64,000 nucleotides of DNA from Amoebophrya sp. A120. Its lineage: Eukaryota; Protista; Dinoflagellata. The DNA lies in the NCBI GenBank assembly GCA_905178155.1, contig CAJINV010000001.1, positions 8,693,642-8,757,641 of the forward strand, read 5' to 3'. The translations under genes and the position numbers were made by a program. Below the pieces are notes generated by a model. That model was given only the letters and a program-made list of their open reading frames with translations, did no database searches and was not told the origin of the DNA. Shown in pieces: positions 50,145-61,161 of the stretch (position 1 is the stretch's first letter; every line of letters begins with the position of its first letter).

Positions 50145-53038
50145 ATGCGTTTCAGTGTAGTAAAGTCGCGCTCGCGCCTGTGGCTCCGCACAGTGGCTGG
50201 CATTCTTGCGACCGTGCACGGACTGAAGCTGCATGGATCTTCTCGAGAGGACGACGGTAGCATCTTTCGCGCGAAAGTCGAGGTCGCTAAAGGCGACATC
50301 ATATGGCTGCAGCATGTCGAGCCTGGATCCACCTCTGGTAGCGCTACCACAGCAAAAATTCGGTTCGGCCACGGCTTCTCGTCCGGGTCAACAGCAGTCG
50401 CCTCTTCTCTTTCTGGTCCAGGATCCGCTCCGCGAGTCGAGGACTTGGAGCCGCCTGTTTGTCTAACTTGTCCACTGTGCACCGAGCCGTCGCCGCTCGA
50501 ATACGATTGGCGCTTGCTGGCCAGACAGTCAGAACAGGCCAAGCTGGAGCAAGAAAGTATCGAGTGAGCCCGTATAATCCGTTCTTTTTGGTGTCGTCTA
50601 ATCATGTACTTAACCACACTAGTTCGGCGATGAAGATGATCTTCTACTTCGGAGGCCACAAAAAAATGTAAAAGATCCAAGCGACGGGGACTGAGATGTG
50701 AGATTGTAGCGTGAAGAAGTAGTTTAAAACGCGAACGAACAGAGACGACGGAGCCGATCGAGCAGCTGTACTACATGTACAACAGCGACGCGGTGCTGCG
50801 CCTGCCTCTGCGTGTTTCCCCGGGCGATGGCGTCGTCTACTTTTCGGTGCTTAACGCGGCAAAGATGGGAGGCATCGGTTTCGGCGAGTTTTTTCCCCGC
50901 GGCTTGGCGAAGAAGTATCTGCTGTACCAAATCGCCATCCGCTGGCCGGCGGAGCACTCCTTCGCGTCTTGCGACAGCAAAAAGGACTGCTTGGAATTGC
51001 AACTGCTGCACGTGGCCGAGGACCTGTCGCAGTCCTGGGTGAGTTTCGGGTTCTCACCGGCCGTATCAACAGTAAAAATGTCTGGGTCTGGAAACTTGTG
51101 ATGCTGGGTGGCGTCTCATGATGAGGCTACAGATGCTGGCTCAGCATGACAAGTTTCTGAGCTCCTACGTGTTGCCTATTCTGCATGACAAAGCGCGCTT
51201 CTGCATCACAGAAAAACGGAGCTCTCGGGTAACTTGCATGACAGATTTAAGAGTCATGCCAGACAAGCATGACAAACATGAATTCTTCCAGACCCAGACA
51301 TTTTTACAGTTGATAGGCCGTGGAGCCGTTGCGGCCGAGTTTGCTCGCGCAGCTCACGCAGATCAACCCAAGTACGGGGAACCGCCTGCACAGCGACTTG
51401 GCGCCGGAACTGGCGGAGAACGAAGAGCTCCCGATTGGCACGATCGATTTGGAAGCCTTGTTCGCTCCTTTGAGAAGGGACGAAAAAGACACGAGTGCGG
51501 TTGGTCTTACACTTCACGCGAACGGCACTAGTACTGCAGCGAATAGAACCAGTCGCATCTACGCCGCGCAGAAAAGCAATGAAACGACCACGAGTGGGAA
51601 TTATCTGGAGGCAATAAACAACTCGACCGCAGTAGAGCCAGCGCCGCCTGTGAAGGCAGGGAACAAGGACAAGAACGCAGTTGAGTTCGTCACCTACGAA
51701 GACCCGGGAAGTGGTACGGCCGGCACCGACAACGTCGCGCCGTTCACTCCAACCCGCTGGTTCGTCCGAGCAAAAGAGGTATTTCCGATGAAGGCTACCG
51801 TGTTCGAGAAGATCAAAGCTTTTATCGCACTTCACAAAGCCGATGGGAACAGTAGGGCGTCGGTTGCTCCGAAGCCTGTATTGAAAAGTGTCGTCGGCAG
51901 CATGAGTGGTCCGGAAAGTGGTGGGAACGCTGTGATGTTTTACGAGCAGACGAAATCAGCAGAGCACAAAATAAGCAAACCTCCTACAGTGGCGAAATCA
52001 TCATTAGCTTCCGGGAGTTCTTCTTCTACCTCTCCTGCGATGCCATCGTGCGTGCCAGCCAAACTGATGCCCTCTGCGGCCGCCCGACCGCTTCTTGCCG
52101 CAGTCCCGCGCGTGGCGCCGATTAGCGGGAAGCTGCAAGGCGTGCAGGACATTTTCAATCGAATCGAGGCGGAGAACGCAACGAAATCAAAGCCAGGTGC
52201 GGCCGCAAGCGAAGACGAGCCACCTAGTAGTGCGGCTGGAACAAATACAAGCGCCGCAGCCGCCGTTCAGCTTGCGCTGCCGCCCAAGCCGGAAGATATC
52301 ACGATCGACTGCACGACGTGTGGCGCCCGCGGGATTGCCTACCGCCATCCGAACGTGATTTCTCGGAGCCGCACGAACCGCACCGCGGAGGACCTCGCAG
52401 AGCACTGCAAACTCGTACAAAGCGCACAAGCGGTGGTCAAGGAAAAGCAAAACAAGGCCTTGGCGATCGCAGTGGAGCGGGCCCGATGCAGAAATTTGAT
52501 CGACAGCCGCAACTACAATCCGTACGCCCCCTATGCGCAGTGCAAGCACGCCATTCAAAGGCTCGAGAAATCATACGCGGACGCAAGCGACGAGCTGACG
52601 AAAGCCCAACGGGAGAAGGATCGGATCAAGAGTGCGAAGGCCGGAAACATCGCAAAGGCGCAAGACATGTTGGATGCGGCCAAAGAGGCCGCAACAGGCG
52701 ATGACGCAAAGACGGTGACCGAGGCGCCATCCGAGCCCGGGGTGGTGATCCCGGAAGAAGAAACCTCCACGACGCCCGCGCCGGCAGCCACTACCGACGG
52801 CAGCATGATCTCGAACCTGATGGGTGCAGGGGCAGATGCGAACGAAAGGGAATATCACCCGCCCGAGGACCCGCTGGTGTGTCCGGAAATCTTTTTGAAG
52901 CCGAAAAAGACGAACTTCGGTTGCGCGTTACAGAATGTCGACCCCTTCGTGATGGATAGTGCAATGACCTGTGCAGGAGAAGTGCCGAGTGACGCCAATT
53001 TCCGGTTCGGAGATCCGTCCGCTGACTTGGTTCGCTAG
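50145..53038 (+). CDS. Probably secreted hypothetical protein; exons 50145-50556, 50743-51063, 51321-53038
   Basis: Signal-like MRFSVVKSRSRLWLRTVAGILATVHG. GT-AG intron 50557-50742 and removal of introner C give 2451 nt in frame. Confidence 0.7.
51064..51315. mobile_element. Introner C (TIR family 1), 252 bp
   Basis: TATCAACAGTAAAAATGTCTGGGTCTGGAA...TTCCAGACCCAGACATTTTTACAGTTGATA; TSD GGCCG; restores FSPAV|EPLRP. Confidence 0.93.
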
Positions 53039-54100
53039 TAGAAGAATAGCGTTTGTTGGTGGCCCACTTTCTTCGTTTCAATTCTGCACTTTTCTTTTCC
53101 GTTTCGCTCGCAACGTGCTCTCGTTTCGCTGGTCTGACAGGAAGAAGGTAAACGGTTTCCGAAGCCGGAGTATTGTTTTCGACGGATCCTGTGCAATAAT
53201 CCTCGCTGGATCGTTTTATGTTCTGAGGTTTCTGTTTATCATTATCAACAATGGGTCACTCTTCGTCTTCAGATAGTCTCAGTACCAGCACAAAAAAACG
53301 AGGACAGTGGTACAACAAAGGAGAGATTTGCTTCTGCAAAATGGAAAATGCAAATTGCGATCAAAATCATCAAATACGAAAGAAAAATAATACACGATGT
53401 TATTTAAGTATATTCATATACCGTCATGAAAACCAAAACTTGAAGTAGCGGAATAGTTGTGCAGCTTCTGGTTTATTTGCGATGCCGCAAGTGCTTTCTG
53501 TGAGCCTCGTGCTTCCTCGTTGTGCGTTTTTCCATGGAAAAATGTTGAAACAGACCGAAACTCATGATGATCTGCACATTGCTTTTGGTTCAAAATCAAA
53601 AATGATAGGGGGGCACTACGTCACGTAGCGTACCGTAGTACCACAGCTAGTAGAAAACATCATCACGCACACAGACACGCGCAAGCGCGTCACGTCGTGT
53701 GTCTTGAAATGATACTGTGAAAGATCCTGCTCGTCCTCGTGCCTCAATCCTCTCTCGTTCTTTTTTGCCCATATTAATATAGCCCTTGCAGTAGAAGCTG
53801 TGTTTTTTTCCTAAACAAGAGTCCGGGACTACCATCGATCGGGCCAGCGGCACGGCTGAGGACCTGCGAGGCCGCACGTCTGCTGCATCGATCATGAGCT
53901 TTGTTGCCACCATGGCTGAATCGTGGCCGACAGCAGCAATACGGGGTTGATCAAGCTGCGACATGAAGATGTTACATCAACTTCTGTGAAGCTGAGGACG
54001 ACGCGCAAGTGTAAGGACGACCAATCAGGTCGTGGAACAAAAGCTCCCTGAATAAACGGCATCCATTCGGCCACCAGTACTTCTATCCAGAAGTGCAAAA

Positions 54101-56915
54101 ATGGAGCTGGCCATCAGTGAGCAGCAGACCCGCGAGACGCGGCGCGAGCGGCAAATGCGCAAAACTTTATCTACTCGACGGAACGAACAGTACTTGACCA
54201 ATTTGGAGAAACGGAATGAAGAAAATCGAGAGCGGCTGGTCGACCGGGCGGAAGCAGACTTCTTCCCCGCGCACTTGCTGAAGGACGTTTCCCGCGTTGA
54301 AAGCGACGAGGAAGAAGACGACGCAGAAACCAGTGGCTCTTTCTATCCCCCCGCAGCCGCGGACGACACAGACCTGAGTAGCTCTTGTACTGCAGGAGCG
54401 AACCACCAGGAAGATTCGAACTCGTCTCGGCGCTCCGCCAGCTGCTCGAGCGCGGCGAATGCAGCAGGGGGTCAGCAACATCAAACAGCGTCCGCCTTGT
54501 CTACTTTCCGAACCCCATTCACCAGGACCACAAGCAGTCAAATACTAAAACCCGCGATTAACCACAACTCGCTGGTGATTAAGAGCCTGGCGGGCGTTGC
54601 GAATCCGGAAGAGCTATCAAATGTAAAAATGTCTGGGTCTGGAAGAGTCATGCTGTTTTTGCATGACACAGAAGGTCTGGCATGGAAGCTCTTGCATCAC
54701 AGATGTCGAGAAGCTTCCGCAATGCCGAATCCGCATGACAAGTCCCCTATTTTGCTGACAGAAAGTGGGGAGCTTTTGCTACATATGCATGAGAGACTTT
54801 GCTGTGTTCTGAAATACGCATTACAAGTTGCATTCTTCAGACCCAGACACTTTTGCATTTGATAAGAGCGGGAGCAGCGGGAACTGGAGTTGCGGGAGAT
54901 CTACCTGTATTCTGTGCAAAAGTATCGTACTCGTACAAATGCAAGCCTTGCATTACAAATCTTGCTGCCAAGGCAAATCTGCATGACAAATTTAATTTCT
55001 CATGCTGAGGAAATTTGTAATGCATTTATACGAGTACGATACTTTTGCACAGCATAACCTGCGAAAAGGCATTCCCTTTCCGGACGACGAAGTCTTGCAT
55101 ACGAACCTCGCAGGAGCTACCACATCGAGCAGTTTGATCAGCTATCAAATGCAAATATGTCTGGGTCTGGAAGAATAGGACTTGTGATGCTAACTCTCGA
55201 TCATACAAAAAACTGTATTGCATGACCAGCAAAAGATGCTCAGATTTGTGCAACCCGGATCGGGCATTTCTCATGCAGGATAGGCATGAGAAAGCCTTCG
55301 CGAGGGCTGTGATGCTAGAGAATGCATCACAAGCATCGTGGGTCATGTACAATTTGCATGACAAACACCCAAATCTTCCAGACCCAGACATATTTGCAAT
55401 GCATATCAGCGACCGGACGAGCAGCGAGGTGCAGCACTACACCATGGAGGACGACTATGGAACTGTCAGAATCAAAATTGACAAGGTCGAAAAATCTGTG
55501 ATGCATAAAATCGATACCAGTTGGAGCCTCAGTTTGTAAGTGGCGCATGACAAATTTCGGGAGCAACCAAATCCAGTCTGTCATGCTGTTTGGGCAAAGA
55601 AGACTGCTCCTGTCGTGCTACTCTGGCAGCACATTGCATATCCCTAAACACACTGACAATCAGTCTCATTTTCCTGCTCCCCAATACAGGCCTCCAGTGC
55701 CCTGCATTTTATGCATGAGAAATTCTTTCTGCGGTAGCTTCACGACCTGGTGGCCGAACCATCTGCGGTGAGGTGCCCTTACAGGTTGTGTAGTGGTTTC
55801 GGTCGGTTTAGCATGAGAAATTCTTTCAACTTTGTCGATTTCGATCCTGACACATCCATAACGACGACGACGATCTGGAGGACTGCTCGGCCGGCGCTGA
55901 ACTAGTCGACGTCTCGCAGAGCGTAGTAGAGCAGGATGAGGGTCGTGGCGGCTTGAGAACAAGTGGCGGCACCACTTCTACTGCGCCCGGGGCAGCTGCA
56001 CCTCCTGCAGCTGAGCAACAAAAGACGACCGAGGGCTTGCTCCTTGCTGCGAAAAAATTGATATCGGCGACGAGTGACAGCTGTACAAGCACCACGGAAA
56101 ACGATGAAGCGCAGGTTCCAACAACAACTTTTTGTTCTCAAACCAGCACTGGAAGTTCTTCTGGGATTGTACCAGGAAATTATAGAGGCGCTACAACTAC
56201 TTCTACGCCACCACCTGTGCACCAGCAGAACCGAGATGGGCGTTCGGGAACGTCCTCATCTAGCGAACAAACGACAACAACCTACGAAAGTTGTGTGGAG
56301 GGTGGAACTATGGTAGCTCCAGCTGTACCACATCCGCAATCTACTTCTGACGCAGACTTCCTGCCAGCCCAGGAGCCGGCGAAAATGCAAGCGCAGCGCC
56401 CGACAAAACTCCCGCCGTTTACTGCCGCCGTGACGCCGAAAACTGCGACCTCGACAGGGTCGTCTTCAAAACGCCGCGACCAACCTCCGCCGCGCTTTTA
56501 CACCCCATCCTCCGGCGGGGCCCCCGGAGCAGATCGGGGGGACGAGTTGTACAGAGGAGGAGGCGTAGACGAGGACGATGAATTATCGTGCCAACAGCAA
56601 ATACCGGTTCGGAAACAGTCCGACTTCGCCTCACCGGCATCGAGCTACAAGACCACGCACAGCGGCGCCACCTCAGCCGCTGTGTCCCCGGTAAAAGTGC
56701 TAGCTGCAGTAGAGATGAAAATGAATACAAACGAGATCGGGAAGAACAAGCTTTTTGTACAACCTCCAGGAGCTGCCCCACCTCATCTCTCGACGACGGG
56801 TGCTGGGGTAGTTGCTTGTGCTGGTGTAGACAACTCGAATAAAGAGCTGCCCGACGACGTGGAGGTGGTCAAGACGCTGCCGAACATCGAGGAGGACCCT
56901 TGGTGGAAAGCTTGA
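54101..56915 (+). CDS. Hypothetical Ser/Thr-rich protein split by four introners; exons 54101-54614, 54870-54907, 55062-55142, 55411-55455, 55866-56915
   Basis: Sequential removal of D, E, F and G (each with one TSD) gives 1728 nt with no internal stop. Confidence 0.85.
54615..54864. mobile_element. Introner D (TIR family 1), 250 bp, inverted copy of B
   Basis: Family-1 TIRs; TSD AGAGC; interior aligns by eye to the reverse complement of 26543-26793. Confidence 0.93.
54908..55056. mobile_element. Introner E (TIR family 4), 149 bp
   Basis: TATTCTGTGCAAAAGTATCGTACTCGTACAAATGCA...TGCATTTATACGAGTACGATACTTTTGCACAGCATA; TSD ACCTG. Confidence 0.93.
55143..55405. mobile_element. Introner F (TIR family 1), 263 bp
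   Basis: TATCAAATGCAAATATGTCTGGGTCTGGAAG...CTTCCAGACCCAGACATATTTGCAATGCATA; TSD TCAGC; interior related to the core of A. Confidence 0.92.
55456..55860. mobile_element. Introner G (TIR family 5), 405 bp
   Basis: TATGGAACTGTCAGAATCAAAATTGACAAGGTCGAAA versus right-end reverse complement TATGGATGTGTCAGGATCGAAATCGACAAAGTTGAAA; TSD ACGAC. Confidence 0.9.
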
Positions 56916-57910
56916 GTGGAGTCAGGAAAAGGTACGTCTACTTGCACAGGGCCGCGACTTGGTCGATGAGTAATTGTAAGTGAGTCAATGTCTTCTATCT
57001 GTCGCTCATCAGCAGCACGGGGGGGTAGGTAGTTCATTCGCCTGCGCGGGACCGCTCAGGCGACAGCTTTTTGGGCTACAAATTGTCACAGGAAGTATTG
57101 AGGGCGGAATCTGAAAGAATCATCGTGCCTGAAAGTCAAAATAAGTCAAAATGCAGCTCATGTACACGACAGCAAGAAGAACGTACTCGTACACAACTAA
57201 CACCATCATACTAGCATGGATAATTTGCAACTCACGCGCATTCAAAACCGATACCGAGATTTTTTGTAGCATTGACCTGATACAGTTACAAAGCTTATAA
57301 GCCGAATCTCGCTGCCTGGAGTAGATGAAGCCCCCAGTTTGTGCACTGGAAGATATTGGAAGTCTGATCATGCCAGCCCCTATAATCGCTTGCCAAGATG
57401 GTGCAGTATGCCGATGTTCAGTTCAGTCCTTGTCCCAGTTGATATGCGAAAGAAAAGCAGACGGAGAGGTGCTGTTGAGCCAGCCCGATTCAAAGAACAA
57501 TTTGACTCTGGTTTGGAATGTTTTGTGCTCATTAGACGAGTTATATATAAGTATATTCGCTGTTCGAATATGGCGTGACCATCAGCGAAAGGTGATCCCG
57601 ATAAAATAGCAGAGGAGATCTGCGTGACCACTTCCTGATGAATATCAAATCAATGAGAGCAGATCTCAGTAAGGCTAAAGACTTCCCCTTTATTCTTTTG
57701 CATCCTTCTCATGTAGAACAAGAATTTGCAAATTACTTGTTTGTTGATGTTCATAAAAAGGTCGTCCTTTTTCCACCCAGTGAGCTGAAACTTATCTCTA
57801 CTTACTACCTAGCCACCACCTGCTGGCTTTTTTTCCTGTCAGAATATGAATAAGTTATTTCCACCTACAAAGATGAACGAGTAGTCTCCTCTGTCCGTGT
57901 CCTCTCTCTG

Positions 57911-58543
57911 TTGGCTTCCGTCATTTCTTTGGAACAGCAGCGTGAAGATTATGTTGAAAACTACAGCGAGCTTGTGCTTGACCCTAGTAATATGAAACGA
58001 CATGCGCTAAAATTCGGTGAAGACGCTCCGACGTTCCAGGAATTTCGCCAAAAGCACGACAACATCCCCTTGCGTCTTTTGTTCAAGACGTTCTGTGTCT
58101 ACCGGCAGCTCGACCATCTGGGCCAGTGGGAAAACTTGGAGGTTGTTGTGTTGGATCTACTTCCGTTGAACGCGGCGGCGGCGGGCGGCTCAAAGAAGAC
58201 ACTTCTACAGAAAACGAAGGACCAAGACAATACCGCATTGTTGCTGTCTTCACGGGCAGTTGTGAGGGAGACCGAGGAGGAAGTCGTGATCCGTGGGAGG
58301 AACAAGGTAACGAACGAAGTCGAGACCTTCGTTCCGGTCGACGCCTTCGAAGATTCCGTTTGCTTGCAGTCGAACGGGGAAAGAACAAGGCACGCAGGGA
58401 AGGATACGCGTTTGAAACTTGCTGTTGTTGACACGGACGGTCTTGTGGTCATCATCGACGTAGGCCGAAGCAGGTCTGCGCAAGAAGTCGCAGAGGAGCA
58501 CCTCCAAGCGGACCAAGAGAAAAATCTGCTACAGGTCGTGTGA
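57911..58543 (+). CDS. Possible tRNA-splicing endonuclease Sen15-like subunit (5' end uncertain)
   Basis: VYRQLDHLGQWENLEV, ETFVPV and LKLAVVDTDGLVV resemble Sen15 motifs (VYxDL...W, FVxP, LAIVxxDxTxV). Confidence 0.45.
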   Translation: MASVISLEQQREDYVENYSELVLDPSNMKRHALKFGEDAPTFQEFRQKHDNIPLRLLFKTFCVYRQLDHLGQWENLEVVVLDLLPLNAAAAGGSKKTLLQKTKDQDNTALLLSSRAVVRETEEEVVIRGRNKVTNEVETFVPVDAFEDSVCLQSNGERTRHAGKDTRLKLAVVDTDGLVVIIDVGRSRSAQEVAEEHLQADQEKNLLQVV

Positions 58544-58650
58544 AATATAGCCTAAGCCCACCTCGGTTGTATCTATCACGTAAGGTGAGGTAGAGCCGAG
58601 ACCATTTGTTTGAAGAAACCCGTTTTCCCCCGCAGTAGTAGATCTTCAAG

Positions 58651-59478
58651 ATGCAGCAGGTCCCTTGGTTGAAAGCGGTGGTGCAATTTTGGGCACTGTA
58701 CAAAGTTCAGCTGATACTTGCCGTCGTCGTGATTTTGGTGACGTGGTGGCTTGTATCCGGCTCTGAAAGCGAAGATGCCGACAGCAAAGGCGGCAAGGGC
58801 AAGAGCAAGGAGCGATTTGCTGTCTCTTTCTGTTTTCAAATACCACCTAATACGGCGAGTGGCGAGGAGGACGCAAATACGCCACTAGCGGTACAGTTGG
58901 TCAGCTCCCTGCGCAAAATCTACGAGAAAACGCGGAGGGGTGTATGGGTAGACACCTATGCTTTCGGACAAGTGAATAACGAGGGCGGGCAGGCCGCAAA
59001 AACAGCAGAGAAACTTCCAAAGGTAAAGCAGAAGGAGCTGATAGAGGAGGTGACAAATACATTGCAGAAACTCCATCCTACCGTAGAATCCCACAAGCTT
59101 CTGGTTTGCAGCTCCCTCGAGGGCCGTGTTTCCATGGTGCGGCAGCTCAACCCGGCACTGCACTTCGACACGAATTCTGACGTCGTGAAGCAGTTGCAAC
59201 AGGTCAAAGAGATGAAGAACAAAGTATTTCACATTCCGGTTTTTCTTGGCAATAAAGACGGAACAAGTGCAAGTGCATCCCCTTCAGACACGAGCGCATC
59301 TGATGCGTCAAGTGCAACATCAATCTGGTCAGCGACACAGGCCGTCGACTTCATGGAGTCGACTTTCGACCAAAAAGTGTTTGAGCTTCTCAACCCCAAT
59401 GCAGTGAAGCCAGAGTCGCCGGCAACGTCCTCTCCCGCGAGGTCGCCAAGAGAGGGCATGTTGAGCAGCGGTGCCTGA
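58651..59478 (+). CDS. PEX22: Peroxin PEX22-like protein
   Basis: N-terminal TM plus HKLLVCSSLEGRVSMVRQLNPALHFDTN, which resembles the plant-type PEX22 motif (KVLFCST.GR.SFVRQL.P.WH.DT). Confidence 0.7.
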   Translation: MQQVPWLKAVVQFWALYKVQLILAVVVILVTWWLVSGSESEDADSKGGKGKSKERFAVSFCFQIPPNTASGEEDANTPLAVQLVSSLRKIYEKTRRGVWVDTYAFGQVNNEGGQAAKTAEKLPKVKQKELIEEVTNTLQKLHPTVESHKLLVCSSLEGRVSMVRQLNPALHFDTNSDVVKQLQQVKEMKNKVFHIPVFLGNKDGTSASASPSDTSASDASSATSIWSATQAVDFMESTFDQKVFELLNPNAVKPESPATSSPARSPREGMLSSGA

Positions 59479-60299
59479 GTTGCTCACTTGAGCTTGAGGA
59501 TGCTGCTAGAAGACATTCTGCGAGCAGGAGGACCACTTGTAGTTCGAGTAGTTCTAGTTCGTACGCGGCGAAATGACTTTCTCGCAACAGTTTTTTACAT
59601 TGATAGCGACCAAAATTCCACATCCTGCACCCTTCTCTCATGGGGAGAACAAGTGTAGAAATTCAAATTCCGGCGTGAGCCTTTGTGCCAACAGTGTTCA
59701 TGCATCTTCGATCTTTCGTCATTTTTGTCGTGTTCAGCATCAATGGTAGTGAACAGAAAGCATCAATATCGTTTCGTAGATCCTTCGAGCAACTACAAGC
59801 GCGTCATGGAGCCGAGATTCATTCAGATTGGACCCATCGTTTTTTTTTTTTGGTAATCGCAGTCAGTCACTAAGCTCCAGTTTTGCGATCTGAATCACAG
59901 GGGGGGCGCCTCTTTCGTCGCCATCGTCAATTGGGTAGACCTCGTATTCTTGAAGAAAGTCGTAACTATCGTCAACTAGAGGTTGTTGGAGTGCTCCAGC
60001 CATAGCAAAAAATCTGCTCGTGGATAGTACAAGGCAAAGTTTTTGAGGTTGCAATGATATCGTCTGTCGAACGTAGTTTTCTTCGTTGCTCCCTGAAAAT
60101 ATATACTACAAGCCTCGGGGCGAGCCCTGCTGGGCTCGCCTGGGCTTGGGGTTGTCGGATGCGACCGGTACGTCGGTGACTGAGTAAACTGCAAAGAGAC
60201 AGGGAGAGGGGGCCCGATGTCAGTGGGGGCGTTGTGCGCGTTCGCGCGCCAGCCTTCGACAACCCCGTGCAAGCGGCTTGCCCCGCTCCGGCCTGCCAG

Positions 60300-61040
60300 G
60301 CCGACTCTAGCCTCTGCCTACCGGCTGCCGCTAACCTGCCGGCTGGCTGCAGCTAGCCCGCCGGCTGCCGCGCCCGCATGAGCCCCTGCCGGCCGGCTGC
60401 CGCTGGCCCCTACGGTCCTCCCTGCCGGCTGCCGCTGGCCCCTGCGTACCTCCCTGCCGGCTGCCGCTGGCCTCCGCCTGCCGCTGGGTGGCCCCTGCCT
60501 GCCGCTGGCTTCCTCCTGCCCGCCGCGGGCCTCGGCCTGCCGCTGGCCCCTTCCTGCCCGCCGCTGGCCTCGGCCTGCCGCTGGCCTCGGCCCGCCGGCT
60601 GCCTGCGTGCCGCTAGCCTTTGCCGGCGGGCCGCTACCCTTTGCCGGCGGGCCGCTAGCCTTTGCCGGCGGGCCGCTACCCTTTGCCGGCGGGCCGCTAC
60701 CCTTTGCCGGCGGGCCGCTACCCTTTGCCGGCGGGCCGCTAGCCTGTGATGCTTGCCGGCGGGCCGCTAGCCTGTGATGCTTGCCGGCGGGCCGCTAGCC
60801 TTTGATGCTTGCCGGCGGGCCGCTAGCCTTTGATGCTTGCCGGCGGGCCGCTAGCCTTTGATGCTTGCCGGCGGGCCGCTAGCCTTTGATGCCGGCGGGC
60901 CGCTAGCCTTTGATGCCGGCGTGCCGCTAGCCTTTGCCGGTTGCCGGCCGCTGGCCAGCCTGCCGACCGGCCACTGCTAGCCTTCCGGCTGTTGCTGGCC
61001 TACCGGCCGCCGCTAGGTAGCCTGCCGGCTGCCTTGCGCA
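60300..61040. repeat. GC-rich minisatellite; core of 21-, 28- and 24-bp units at 60609-60940
   Basis: GCCGCTA(G/C)CCTTTGCCGGCGG x6, then GCCGCTAGCCT(G/T)TGATGCTTGCCGGCGG x5, then 24-mers. The flanks are degenerate. Confidence 0.9.
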
Positions 61041-61161
61041 TGTTGGTGGCTCTCCTGTTGTGGTCCGTGGCTGCCGCTCTGCTCACGGCAGCCAGGGCCC
61101 TGCAATATGTAGCTTTTTGCGCCCTGTCTCCTGACGAAATCGCGTTGGCCGCTCTGCGGGC

